A stretch of DNA of 64,000 nt from Spirochaetia bacterium (GTDB lineage: Bacteria; Spirochaetota; Spirochaetia; SZUA-6; Bin103), in contig CBDAOI010000004.1 of assembly GCA_965198005.1 (NCBI GenBank), forward strand, positions 480,001 to 544,000, given 5' to 3'. The position numbers and the translations under genes were made by a program. The notes beneath the pieces are model-generated. The model was not told the DNA's origin, made no database searches, and was given only the letters and a program-made list of their open reading frames with translations. Of this stretch, positions 32,757 through 42,484 are shown one piece after another. The number at the start of each line of letters is the position of its first letter. The first letter of the stretch is position 1.

Positions 32757-33653
32757 ATGGCACGACCTGCAGACATCCGCGTTGTCGACCTCATGCTCGA
32801 GATTCCGAGTGGTACCGCGGGTATGGGGATGCAGGCGGCGCGGCAGCTGACCCGCGACCAGGGTACTGAAGAGTTCTCTCACCATCCCGCGCAGTACCTC
32901 TTCAAGGATGCGGGGGACCGCATGTCGGAGGCAGCCGACCCGCAGGCAGTCGTCGACATGATGGACGCTTACGGCGTGCAGATAGCCCAGATCGGCGTTA
33001 ACGCACGAGACCCCGAGCCTACGCTGGAGTTGTTCGACAAGTTCCCGGGCCGCTTCTTCGGGGCGGTGGGTGTCGATCCCAATACTGGAATGGAAAGTGT
33101 TCGCGCCTTGGAGGAGACCGTGAAGCTCCACCCGAACATCAAAGCCGCCTCGGCCGCCCCCTGCCTCCTGTACCCCCAAGTACCGATCGACGACAAGCGT
33201 TTCTATCCGATTTACGCCAAATGCTGCGAGCTCGGCATACCGATCAACATGCTGGTTGGCGTACCCGGGCCCCGGGTTCCGTACAAGTGCCAGTATCCGG
33301 GGCTGCTCGACGAAGTGGCCTGGTTCTTCCCGGACCTCAAGGTGGTGATGCGCCATGGCGGCGATCCGTGGACCGACCTCTGCGTGAAGCTGCTTTTGAA
33401 GTGGCCGAACCTCTACTACTCCACCACCGCCTGGGCGCCCAAGCACTACCCCCGTAACGTGCTCGAGTTCGCCAACAAGCGCGGGCCCAACAAGGTGATG
33501 TACGCCGGCTACTATCCGGGACTTTCGTACGAACGCATCTTCGGGGAGATGGACGACCTGCCGCTGCGCGATGAGGTCTGGCCCGCCTTCCTTCGCGACA
33601 ACGCGATCTCGGTGTTCGGGTTGGAGGACGTGCTGGCAATGTCCGCGTCGTGA
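32757..33653 (+). CDS. Amidohydrolase_2 family protein
   Basis: YPIYAKCCELGIP, VMRHGGDPW and KVMYAGYYP motifs; SD AAGGAG. Confidence 0.88.
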   Translation: MARPADIRVVDLMLEIPSGTAGMGMQAARQLTRDQGTEEFSHHPAQYLFKDAGDRMSEAADPQAVVDMMDAYGVQIAQIGVNARDPEPTLELFDKFPGRFFGAVGVDPNTGMESVRALEETVKLHPNIKAASAAPCLLYPQVPIDDKRFYPIYAKCCELGIPINMLVGVPGPRVPYKCQYPGLLDEVAWFFPDLKVVMRHGGDPWTDLCVKLLLKWPNLYYSTTAWAPKHYPRNVLEFANKRGPNKVMYAGYYPGLSYERIFGEMDDLPLRDEVWPAFLRDNAISVFGLEDVLAMSAS

Positions 33654-34436
33654 GGTTGCGCCGCAGGCCCACTCCATCAGCAGAAATTGCGCCAAAGAGA
33701 CGTTCCCGGCTGGCTGATTTCTTCATCAGTCTTCTCAAGGAGAAGCCGCTGGGTATTGCCGGTGGGATTATCCACTCTGAATCTTGTGGTCGCTGTCCTG
33801 ATCGGCGGCATCTCAGGATTCCTTGGGGGAAAAGTGGACCTGGTGGTGCAGCGCTTTATCGACGGCTGGATGGCCTTCCCGGGGTTGCTGCTCCTGCTGA
33901 CCATCATGTCCATTGTGGGGCGGGGTTTGCCCCAGATCATTGTGGTCTTGGGGGTCAGCGGAGGCATCGGCGCCTCCCGAGTCGTCAGAGGCGCTGTGAT
34001 CGGTATTAAAGAGCATGACTATTTTCTGGCCGCCAGGGCCGCGGGCACCCCCACAAGCCAAATCCTGGTCCGCCATGTCCTGCCCAACTGCCCAATATTA
34101 TGGCGCCCCTCATCATCATCTTCTCCATCAACATCGGGGGGGGGTGATTATTTCCGAGGCCTCCCTGAGCTTTCTCGGATTCGGGCTGCCCGCCGAGGTT
34201 CCCAGCTGGTGAGGCATGCTCAGCTCGGATGGACGTCGATACATGGAGCAGGCCCCCTGGCTGGCACTCTGGCCTGGTCTCTTCCTGACTATTACCGTTT
34301 ACAGTCTCAACATGCTCGGCGACGCCCTCAGGGATCTGTTCGACCCAAGACTGCGCGGCGGAGCCGGCAGTTACGGCACTGCGGTGGTGAAACGCAAAAA
34401 GGCTTCCTCTCCAGACTGATCAACCCCTTCGCTTAG
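33650..34436 (+). pseudogene. Decayed DppC/OppC-type ABC permease
   Basis: Near-identical to 37700-38520 but with a deletion of about 190 bp at 33772, an 8-bp duplication at about 34080, a G-run expansion and an in-frame TGA at 34210. Confidence 0.9.
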
Positions 34437-34559
34437 GAAGAAGTTCTCTCCCCAACCATACGGAATATACGCAATGTCCACCTACCTCAAGTATCTGCTC
34501 ACGCGAGAGCTTGAAGCGCGCCGCCACCTTGAACCGCAGCGCCGGCTGATGGGGTAATC

Positions 34560-35500
34560 ACGATGACGCCGCCGGAATGTGCCGCCTCCCCCGGCGCGCG
34601 CGGGCGGATTCGGGTGCTGGCGGCTGCGACGCCGTGCGATCTCCGGACAGCCGCGCTCGCACACCGCAGTGCAACTCGGCGTCCGTCCGGGAAGGCCCCT
34701 TCCCTGCCCGCGGCGCCTGCTGGTTCTGCGCCGAACTACGTGTGTCGCACCGAACCTGCTCGCTTCCCGGGGTCGCTACTGTCCGCGCTTGCCGGTTCGG
34801 CGCCGAACCGCCGGCAGGTGCGACGCTGGAGTCGGCCGCAGCAGGACCGGACGCAGGAGAGCCGGCATCGACCGAGCCGGCGTAGCGCGACCCGCTGCGC
34901 TGCTACCAGACGATCCTCAACCACATCCGTACCACCACCACAGACAGTCCGAGCGCCACTCCGGTCCGGGACCCGCGCCGCCTGTTGGTTCTGCGCACAA
35001 CCGGGTGTGGTCCGCTGGTCGTGCTCGCTCCCCGGGGCCGCTACTACCAGCTCCGCTCGCCGGTTCTGCGCCGAACTGTCGGCGCGCGCGACGCCGGGGC
35101 CGGCGACCGCCGGAGCGGCAGTGAAACAGCTCGCATCGACCGAGCCGGCGGCGACCGGAGCGGGTGCGGGGCTGCCAGCAACCGGACCCGCGGCAACCGA
35201 ACTGCGGGCAGCCGCGGTCGCGGGCACCCCCTCGCCAGGCGCTCCGGCGGCGCAAGTCGACGAGCCGGCCTTGGATGCAACCGCGGCCACCACATCACCG
35301 GTAGCCCGGTGTTCGTCGGTGACGGCGAGATGCTGCGCGCACGTCTCGGCGGGCCGCGCCGGCACCGCCGCCCCCCGCTTGGCGCGACTCCGCTCCCGAT
35401 TCTCCGCCAAGCGCATCCATTACTGTAGTTCAGCTCCCGTACCGCGTACGCGAACAGACTCGGATAGCCACGTTCTTCGTACAGCTCACGGCGCTTAACT
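34560..35500 (-). pseudogene. Collapsed remnant of an HNH-endonuclease-type protein with a low-complexity middle region
   Basis: RRELYEERGYPSLFAYAVRELNYS...AWRRI N-terminal motif, repeated SA[PQ]NR/Q-type units, and RHIPAA cut just before where the HNH domain would start. Confidence 0.6.
34713..35150. repeat. Degenerate tandem duplication (period about 265 bp) with four GGTTC[TG]GCGC[CA][GC]AAC quasi-palindromes
   Basis: 34713-34810 resembles 34978-35078; GCATCGACCGAGCCGGCG occurs at 34865 and 35133; palindromes at 34722, 34794, 34987 and 35062. Confidence 0.7.
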
Positions 35501-35708
35501 CGTTCCTCTCCTTCGCGGTCTCGAAGTTCCCCGACGAACAGCTGCACCATTTTCTCCGTGAATCGCTGCCCGACCGCAACTTTACCAGCGGTCAACTCCT
35601 GTCCGGCATCGAGTCGAAGACCATGCAGGCCAACGAGGATCTGTTCGAAATCGCCAAGCTGGTTCGGGCTCGCGACGAGCTTACGTATCTGGTAATCGTA
35701 ACGTCCGT

Positions 35709-35930
35709 CAGGTGCAGGTTCTCATCAACCTTGGATTCCACACTGATCACGATTTACGCGCAGAGAGGACAACAACGCGATCCCGCGCCAGATCCGCAGC
35801 GTACTGAAGCGCGGCCTGTATGTCTGGCTCCTCAACGTTGTAGCCGTGAACGATCGCCTCTGTTGTCTCTCCCGCGGCAATGTTGTCGAGGATTACCGAC
35901 ACCATGACCCTCGTACCCCGGATGCACGGC
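35709..35930 (-). pseudogene. 3' part of the DUF433 antitoxin plus the first codons of a DUF5615-type PIN toxin
   Basis: [20 protein letters not shown]...EEPDIQAALQYAADLARDRVVVLSARKS*, then VESKVDENL. 35821-35930 nearly duplicates 32387-32496. Confidence 0.8.
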
Positions 35931-36032
35931 TGCCCGTGATCGCCGCTCGATCCAAGACTCAGGGGCGGCGCGCCACTGACCTGATGCAGGCAGGATGCCC
36001 GGTCGGTGACCGGGGGCGGAGCGCTGCGGCAC

Positions 36033-36470
36033 TCAGGGGTCGCTAGCAGCCGGTGCCGCCCACGGGTCGATCAGTTCCAGGCCGCACGCTTCGAAGTCGG
36101 TGATGTTCCGTGTCGCCAGTTGGCATCGACGAGCGCGGGCCACCGCGGCGATCTGGCCGTCAACGACGCTCATCGGGCGGCCGATCTCACGGCGCGAGCC
36201 CATGATCTCACCGTAGATCGAGGCCGCGCCCCAATCGAAATCGAGCACGCGCTCGGCAAATCCGCTGGATACGAATCGGTCGAAACGGTGTTGGAGATCG
36301 TCTCGGCGATGACCCCGCGGCAGAATCCTGATCCCGTACCTGATTTCCGCTATCGAGACGGCGGCGAGATGCAGGAGCGAGGATGGTTGATGGTTCATCC
36401 ATCGCACCACGGCAGGCTCGGGAGCGGGACGCATCAACTCCGACACCACGTTGGTGTCGATCAGGATCAT
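36033..36470 (-). CDS. VapC/FitB PIN toxin (intact)
   Basis: ILIDTNVVSELMR, EIRYG, DGQIAA and LATRNITDF motifs. Confidence 0.93.
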   Translation of the reverse strand: MILIDTNVVSELMRPAPEPAVVRWMNHQPSSLLHLAAVSIAEIRYGIRILPRGHRRDDLQHRFDRFVSSGFAERVLDFDWGAASIYGEIMGSRREIGRPMSVVDGQIAAVARARRCQLATRNITDFEACGLELIDPWAAPAASDP

Positions 36471-36700
36471 GGTGCCACGCGCACGGGTTGGTGTGGTGCC
36501 CGGTCGGGTAGTTCGAGATCTACTCCGTGAGCCGGCCCGAACAACTGCACTGCCAGGTCACCGATACTCTCCGGTGCTGCAACCGCCTGCCTGATGATCC
36601 GTCTCGTCTCTTCTTCCATGGATCGGCCGTTCCGCGCCGCGCGCAGCCGCAGCCTCCGGATCGTCTCCTCGTCCAAACGCCTAACACTCAGATTGCTCAT
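36467..36700 (-). CDS. FitA-like ribbon-helix-helix antitoxin
   Basis: MSNLSVRRLDEET..RLRLRAARNGRSMEEE; ATGA coupling to the toxin; TGCTATC half-site at 36746. Confidence 0.9.
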   Translation of the reverse strand: MSNLSVRRLDEETIRRLRLRAARNGRSMEEETRRIIRQAVAAPESIGDLAVQLFGPAHGVDLELPDRAPHQPVRVAP

Positions 36701-36779
36701 CGCATGCTCCGTAGAGTTTGTCCAACCAACCACTAATGCTACTAATGCTATCGTCTGCCGGCAACGCAATCAAGCGCCT

Positions 36780-36939
36780 GCCGCCGTGGGGGCCGACTCG
36801 GGCGCAACGCGGAATGGGGGCGCCGGAAGCCACGGCGGGCGAGCGTGGGCAAAGCGCTTCCCAAGCTGCTGCCGTCCCTTTGAGCGAGCGCCCGGGCAAC
36901 GGCGAGCACGTCATCGTCGATCATCACGGCGGTACGCAC
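36780..36939 (-). pseudogene. Degenerate VapB-type antitoxin
   Basis: MRTAVMIDDDVLAVARALAQRDGSSLG..LARRG, then a frameshifted FRVAPESAPT. Confidence 0.65.
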
Positions 36940-36984
36940 GAATACATCGTCGCATTAACGCATCATCACATCAAGGAGCATGCG

Positions 36985-37222
36985 CTACATCGCGATCAAT
37001 CCCCAGCAGATGGATCGATTTCGTGACCGGTTTACGGCGTCCGGCGCCAAGGATGACCGCCGCGATGCGCGGGTGTTGGCGGACTCGCTGCGCACTGATC
37101 GACGCAGCTTTCGTGAGCTGCAGCTGCAGGCACCGCCGGTGATCGAGTTGCGGGAATGGTCGCGCATGTCTGGCGAGCTGCAGGAGGAACGCAACCGGCT
37201 GATCAATCGCGGTCGCTGGTGA
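36985..37222 (+). mobile_element. IS110-family transposase internal fragment
   Basis: AINPQQMDRFRDRF..SGAKDDRRDARVLADSLRTD...LQEERNRLINR (KxDxxDA motif). Confidence 0.85.
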
Positions 37223-37224
37223 GA

Positions 37225-37380
37225 TCAATCGGCGATGTCCTACGCCAGCGCCTGGGTCAACGTCCCCCCACCCGCATCAAGCCCTCGTTCATCCAGCCAA
37301 CGACTCAGATGCGCCATCGCATGCAACAGAGCCCGAGCCGCACCGTTGGCCTAGCCTTGCCGCTTCAGCTCCGCCGTTAA
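37225..37380 (-). mobile_element. Decayed N-terminus of a tyrosine recombinase (RIT-like)
   Basis: LTAELKRQG*...LLHAMAHLSRWLDERGL..LT with two in-frame stops. Confidence 0.45.
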
Positions 37381-37545
37381 GCCTCTTCGATATGGCTACG
37401 AGAGGTCAGCAACGCGCGCAGCAGCCTGCGGGCTGCGCCGCGGTCGGCTGCTGGACCACCGCTGCACCATCGACGCGACCGGGGACCGGCATGAATACGA
37501 GTGGGTTACCGGGGTGCCGCTGAACGGCAACCCCCGCAGGGTCGT

Positions 37546-37686
37546 CTCTTTGTGGTGGCACTCGAAGACAGAGACTACCCTGTGGTCTCCGGAATCAACC
37601 TGTTTGTTGCCACCGCGGTGGTGCTGTTCAATCTCCTCATCGACCTGGTCTATTCTTATTTGGACCCGAGGGTCAGGTATGAATAA
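37546..37686 (+). pseudogene. 3' end of a DppB-type permease
   Basis: ALEDRDYPVVSGINL...NLLIDLVYSYLDPRVRYE*. Confidence 0.88.
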
Positions 37687-38575
37687 TGCGCGGGGCAGGT
37701 TTGCGGATTTCTTCATCAGGCTTCTCAAGGAGAAGCCGCTGGGTATTGCCGGTGGGATTATCATAGTGCTCTTGATTCTGGTGTCGATCTTCGCCGATGT
37801 TCTGGCTCCCTATCGCTATACGGAAATGCACCTGGTAGACAGGCTGCAGGGCCCGTCAGCCCGGTATCTGCTGGGTACCGACCAGTTGGGGCGAGACCTC
37901 CTGAGCCGCCTGATCGTCGGGGCTCGCATTTCCATGCTGGTCGGCCTGGCAGCGACCACTCTGAATCTTGTGGTCGCTGTCCTGATCGGCGGCATCTCAG
38001 GATTCCTTGGGGGAAAAGTGGACCTGGTGGTGCAGCGCTTTATCGACGGCTGGATGGCCTTCCCGGGGTTGCTGCTCCTGCTGACCATCATGTCCATTGT
38101 GGGGCGGGGTTTGCCCCAGATCATTGTGGTCTTGGGGGTCACCGGAGGCATCGGCGGCTCCCGAGTCGTCAGGGGCGCTGTGATCGGTATTAAGGAGAAT
38201 GACTATTTTCTGGCCGCCAGGGCCGCGGGCACCCCCACAAGCCAAATCCTGGTCCGCCATGTGCTGCCCAATATTATGGCGCCCCTCATCATCATCTTCT
38301 CCATCAACATCGGGGGGGTGATTATTTCCGAGGCCTCCCTGAGCTTTCTCGGATTCGGGCTGCCCAGCGAGGTTCCCAGCTGGGGAGGCATGCTCAGCTC
38401 GGATGGACGTCGATACATGGAGCAGGCCCCCTGGCTGGCACTCTGGCCGGGTCTCTTCCTGACTATTACCGTTTACAGTCTCAACATGCTCGGCGACGCC
38501 CTCAGGGATCTGTTCGACCCGCGGCTGAGGGGTGGCGGGGGACGCCTGGGAGCCGATGCCGCCAGGTCGGTCTAA
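37679..38575 (+). CDS. DppC/OppC-type ABC permease (intact)
   Basis: LGTDQLGRD, FPGLLL, HVLPN, EASLSFLGFG and NMLGDALRDLFDPR motifs. Confidence 0.92.
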   Translation: MNNARGRFADFFIRLLKEKPLGIAGGIIIVLLILVSIFADVLAPYRYTEMHLVDRLQGPSARYLLGTDQLGRDLLSRLIVGARISMLVGLAATTLNLVVAVLIGGISGFLGGKVDLVVQRFIDGWMAFPGLLLLLTIMSIVGRGLPQIIVVLGVTGGIGGSRVVRGAVIGIKENDYFLAARAAGTPTSQILVRHVLPNIMAPLIIIFSINIGGVIISEASLSFLGFGLPSEVPSWGGMLSSDGRRYMEQAPWLALWPGLFLTITVYSLNMLGDALRDLFDPRLRGGGGRLGADAARSV

Positions 38576-38584
38576 GTCTAAGAG

Positions 38585-38700
38585 GACCGACAGGGCGTCG
38601 ACCAGGTCCGATTGAAACTCCCACACGTAGGGCTCGATCGCGTGAACCAGGGCATCGTATCCGCCGTCGGCGGTTACGGTCGGCGGCAACGATACGGTCA
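38585..38700 (-). pseudogene. Fragment of an iron-containing alcohol dehydrogenase
   Basis: PPTVTADGGYDALVHAIEPYV, the Fe-ADH GxDAxxHAxE motif. Confidence 0.7.
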
Positions 38701-38799
38701 GTTTCGGACGGAGAAAACGTCAAGAACCGGGCTCAGAACCCACTCAGTTCGTCATCCTGAGCGGCGAAGCCGATTTGCGGCCCCCGGCCGGTCAGGAAG

Positions 38800-38960
38800 G
38801 CAGTCGGCGGAACGCCCGCCGTCGCCCCGGCCCATACCGATAGAACAGGAAGTGCGCATTGAACGCGAAATGCGTCCGTGATCCCCAGCCGCTCCATCAA
38901 GGCGAATGTGGTGCAGTCAACAAAGCTGAACGTCTGGTCGGGGAACGCCTGGACATAAGC
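38800..38960 (-). pseudogene. 3' fragment of a VapC/PIN toxin (frameshifted)
   Basis: DQTFSFVDCTTFALMERLGITDAF. Confidence 0.75.
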
Positions 38961-38983
38961 ACACATACGCTTATGATGGATGT

Positions 38984-39208
38984 ATGAGTACAACTCGATG
39001 GTCGCTGGTGGTCTCCGAAGCAACTGACCGCGCCCTGCGTACCTTCCTTGCGAGTCGGGGACTGAAGAAAGGGCATCTCTCGCAGTTTGTTGAGGACGCC
39101 GTGAGAGAGAAGCTGTTCGATCTGACCGTCGCAGAAGTCAAAGAGCGAAACGCGGGACAAACCGATGCTGTCATGCAGGCCGTCGAGGAGGCTCTCGAGC
39201 GAGCGTGA
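38984..39208 (+). CDS. Ribbon-helix-helix antitoxin-like protein
   Basis: RWSLVVSEATDRALRTFLA..G.KKGHLSQFVEDAV; directly upstream of a PIN gene. Confidence 0.8.
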   Translation: MSTTRWSLVVSEATDRALRTFLASRGLKKGHLSQFVEDAVREKLFDLTVAEVKERNAGQTDAVMQAVEEALERA

Positions 39209-39211
39209 GGC

Positions 39212-39610
39212 GTGCGTGTTGTGCTCGACACCGGAATCCTCGTTGCCGCTCTGATCACACGGGACACACCCCCAGACCAACTGTACCAGCTGTGGCGCAA
39301 ACGCCGGTTCACGCTGATCACGTCCGAGCCGCAGTTAAGCGAGTTCCGGCGCGTCACTCGTTACCCGAAGCTGCGTCGGTCCCTGAAGGCTCACGAAGCG
39401 GGGACCCTCCTGCGCGGGGTGCGTGCGCGAGCTGTTGTTGTCCCAGAGCTGCCACAGATCGATCTTGTCGACGACCCCGACGACAATCTCGTGCTTGCCA
39501 CTGCCCTCGCCGGCGAGGCTGACTATCTGGTCACCGGAGATCGGCGTCACCTACTGCACCTGAAGAAGGTGCAGCAGACGAGGATTGGAATAAGATCGGC
39601 ATTGATGTAG
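39212..39610 (+). CDS. PIN-family toxin; C-terminus possibly clipped
   Basis: MRVVLDTGILVAAL, DPDDNLVLATA and LVTGDR motifs. Confidence 0.85.
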   Translation: MRVVLDTGILVAALITRDTPPDQLYQLWRKRRFTLITSEPQLSEFRRVTRYPKLRRSLKAHEAGTLLRGVRARAVVVPELPQIDLVDDPDDNLVLATALAGEADYLVTGDRRHLLHLKKVQQTRIGIRSALM

Positions 39611-39619
39611 AGATTGATG

Positions 39620-40027
39620 TACCGCCAGTAGCGAACTTTGTCGCTAGAAGAAGTGAGAGGGATTTCGAAATGATGAGTGCGGAAGCGGCCAATAGGTGGT
39701 TCCCATTGGCAGTGCAAACTCGCTATACGACGGCCTCATGTTGCAACAGCTCCAATGTCAACGACCCGTGGTATGAAGCCAAGTATGAAGAGGGCACAGC
39801 CGCTACCACCATCGAGGAGCAAAACAGGATAGTTGGAGAGTTGAATCAGTATGCGATAGAGAAGTTCTGGACGATATGGGGTGGTATAGGCCCACAGTAT
39901 GTGGCGATCCAGCCGTGGGTCATAGGTTATAACGGTGAATTGATGTTGTCAGTCATCAATCAATTATAACACCGTCTTCACCCGCCTCTGGATTGATAGT
40001 GAGCTAAAGAAGGCAATGGGTCATTAG
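39620..40027 (+). pseudogene. 3' fragment of a peptide/nickel ABC substrate-binding protein
   Basis: NDPWYEA..AATTIEEQ..QPWVIGYNGE, then a frameshift to YNTVFTRLWIDSELKKAMGH*. Confidence 0.8.
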
Positions 40028-40138
40028 AGGGAGATCACCCCTACTGGCCTAAGTTCGAAAGGGGGCTGGGAGGTTTCGTTCGGAGCACCGCTTCCGAGCG
40101 CGCTCCCGGCCCCTCCCTCATTGAGTAACGTGTCCCCA

Positions 40139-40330
40139 ATGAAAGCCTATATCATCAGGCGGCTATTGCTGATCATGCCCACGCTGTTCATCTTGAGCAT
40201 CCTGGTCTTTCTCTCGGTCCGCTTCATCCCCGGAGATGTAGTAGACGTAATGATAGGTAGGATGGAATACCAAACGATGGGGGCGCTTGACCGTGAAGCC
40301 GTTGAGCGCCGGCTGGGATTGGACGTGCCT
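40139..40330 (+). pseudogene. 5' fragment of a DppB-type permease
   Basis: MKAYIIRRLLLIMPTLFILSILVFLSVRFIPGD...LGLDVP. Confidence 0.88.
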
Positions 40331-40374
40331 GCGTGCTCGGCGCTGGTGAGCAGCTTGAGCTTGCGGCGGAGGGT

Positions 40375-40810
40375 CGAGATTGATGCTCTTACCTACGCCG
40401 AATATCATGAGAGGATGTTCTCGCGTACTGGGGAAGGCATGTACAGCGGTATGACGCCCAGGCGCTGCGGCCAACCAATTCAACCCTGTCTACATGGCAA
40501 ACGATTATCACACGGATCACCACTGGAACCGCGGCCGGTCCAGTGGCCTGAGCTGGATGTCAGGGTTGACGCCGTCAATGGAGCCCGTACGACTGAGGAG
40601 CAGCAGCGGCTGATTGCCGAGGCAGATAGGTACGCGATGTCGCGGCACTGGCTGATATATGGTCCAAAATCCCCTTCATTCTATTTGGCCCAGCCATGGC
40701 TCGTCGGCTATAACGGTGAACTGGACGGGGCCTTGTCCAGGGTGGAATCGAATACCCTGTTTGCCCGCCTCTGGATCGATAGTGCGCTGAAGAAAGAAAT
40801 GGGGTACTAG
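40375..40810 (+). pseudogene. 3' fragment of a second ABC substrate-binding protein
   Basis: GARTTEEQQRLIAEAD..QPWLVGYNGE..FARLWIDSALKKEMGY*. Confidence 0.8.
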
Positions 40811-40939
40811 CGGGTTTCGAGCTGGGGAGGCTGTCGCTTCCGAGCGCGCTCCCCAGCACTCGACTGCCAAGCACGTCCACCACCCCAGGCCGCCGTTGCC
40901 AGGGAGCGGCAGCGACCAGGCAACCACTGCGAGTCTGTC

Positions 40940-41899
40940 ATGAAAGCCTACGTCATCCGGCGGTTACTGCTGATCGTTCCGACCCTGTTCATCTTGAGCA
41001 TCCTGGTCTTTCTCTCGGTGCGCTTCCTTCCCGGCGATGCCATCGACGCGATGTTGGGTAAGCAGGAGTTCATTAGTGGGAACATAGATCGTGAAGCGCT
41101 TGAGCATATGCTCGGTCTGGACGTGCCCGGCCACGTGCAGTATGGACGCTGGATCGGAGGTATCCTCCAGCACGGCAGCCTCGGCCACTCACTGTTTGGC
41201 AGCCGTGGAGCGGTGGAGGAGAAGATAATCGACCGGCTGCCGGTAACCATCGAGCTCGGTGTGCTGGCAATTCTCATCGGGCTGGTGATAGCGCTGCCGG
41301 TCGGCATCTACTCGGCGATGCGCCAGGATACGGCCGCCGACTACGTGGGGCGGTCGGTCGCCATCCTCGGTCTGGCCACGCCCAACTTCTGGCTGGCAAC
41401 CATGGTCGTGCTGTACCCGTCACTCTGGTGGGCGTGGTCGCCGCCGATGAATTGGGTTCCTTTCAGCGAAGACCCGCTCGGGAATCTGGGGGTGTTCATC
41501 CTCCCCAGCCTGATTCTGGGCACGGCTCTGGCCGCCGCCACCATGCGCATGACGCGCACCATGATGCTGGAGGTGCTGCGCCAGGATTTTATCAGGACGG
41601 CCTGGGCCAAGGGGCTCCGGGAGCGGGTCGTGGTGCTGCGGCATGCTGTCAAGAATGCCCTGATCCCGGTGGTGACCCTGATCGGTCTGCAGTTGCCGAT
41701 TCTGATAGGTGGCTCGGTCATCATGGAGAACATCTTCAACCTGCCGGGATTGGGTCGTCTCATGCTGACTGCGCTGGAGGATCGAGACTACCCGGTGGTC
41801 TCCGGGGTCAACCTGTCCTTCGCGGCGGCGGTGGTGCTGTTCAATCTCCTGATCGACTTGCTCTACACCTGGCTGGACCCGAGGGTGCGGTATGACTGA
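40940..41899 (+). CDS. DppB/OppB-type ABC permease (intact)
   Basis: RLPVTIEL, PNFWLA, DFIRTAWAKGL, ENIFNLPGLG and LDPRVRY motifs. Confidence 0.93.
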   Translation: MKAYVIRRLLLIVPTLFILSILVFLSVRFLPGDAIDAMLGKQEFISGNIDREALEHMLGLDVPGHVQYGRWIGGILQHGSLGHSLFGSRGAVEEKIIDRLPVTIELGVLAILIGLVIALPVGIYSAMRQDTAADYVGRSVAILGLATPNFWLATMVVLYPSLWWAWSPPMNWVPFSEDPLGNLGVFILPSLILGTALAAATMRMTRTMMLEVLRQDFIRTAWAKGLRERVVVLRHAVKNALIPVVTLIGLQLPILIGGSVIMENIFNLPGLGRLMLTALEDRDYPVVSGVNLSFAAAVVLFNLLIDLLYTWLDPRVRYD

Positions 41900-42098
41900 C
41901 GCGCGGGGCCAGTTTGCCGATTTCTTCGGCAGGTTGTGGCGGCAGAAGCCCTTTGGGATCGCCAGCGGGATCGTCATCTTGATCCTGATTCTGTTGGCGA
42001 TCTTTGCCGATGCTTTGGCCCCCTATCCGTTCGATCAGCTGAACCTGGCAGACCGGCTACAGGGCCCGTCGGCCCGCCATCTGCTGGGGACCGACAAC
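41892..42098 (+). pseudogene. 5' fragment of a DppC-type permease
   Basis: MTDARGQFADFF...LQGPSARHLLGTDN, then truncated. Confidence 0.88.
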
Positions 42099-42230
42099 TC
42101 GCTGAAATCCTCTGCTCTCATTTGAGCTCCTCTCGAATCAGCCTCGACAGTATTCTCAACTGCGGAGGACTCAGATCTTCCCGATCGCTCTTGGTGTAGA
42201 GGAACAACAAGTAGATTGTCTCCTCATCAG
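42095..42230 (-). pseudogene. RelE/HigB-type toxin 3' end plus antitoxin 5' start
   Basis: Manual translation DEETIYLLFLYTKSDREDLSPPQLRILSRLIREELK*, overlapping MRAEDFSEL. Confidence 0.75.
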
Positions 42231-42362
42231 GCGGTTATTGCTGATAATCCCCACCCTGCTTCTACTGACCATCATAGTCTTGCTCGCGGTCCGCTTCATC
42301 CCCGGCGATATCATAGACGCAATTGTGGGTAGGATTGGACAACAGGGTGGCTTCGTCGATAT
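42222..42362 (+). pseudogene. 5' fragment of another DppB-type permease
   Basis: LIRRLLLIIPTLLLLTIIVLLAVRFIPGDIIDAIVG. Confidence 0.82.
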
Positions 42363-42484
42363 TGCCCGCGCCTGCGCGGCGGCCGTCTCGGTGCCGGCGA
42401 CGCCGCGTAGGCTCGCAAGAGCCCGACCCTGCTGCGTACGTGGATCTGCGGGTCGTTACGCGAACAGACGCCGCACCGGACAGC

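Noticed and set aside
34713-35150. CRISPR array
   Set aside because: The repeats are only 14-15 bp, degenerate, unevenly spaced and inside a coding relic; no cas genes are present.
37396-37545. Possible DDE transposase fragment (RHEYEWVTGVPLNG)
   Set aside because: Too short to assign without a search; counted only as unassigned DNA within the mosaic.
33650-38575. Diversity-generating retroelement TR/VR pair (duplicated dppC or DUF433)
   Set aside because: Differences are not adenine-specific, include indels, and no reverse transcriptase is in the window.
40121-40810. Novel permease-SBP fusion protein (229-aa ORF)
   Set aside because: It is a chance in-frame join of a dppB 5' fragment, about 45 bp of unrelated DNA and an SBP 3' fragment.
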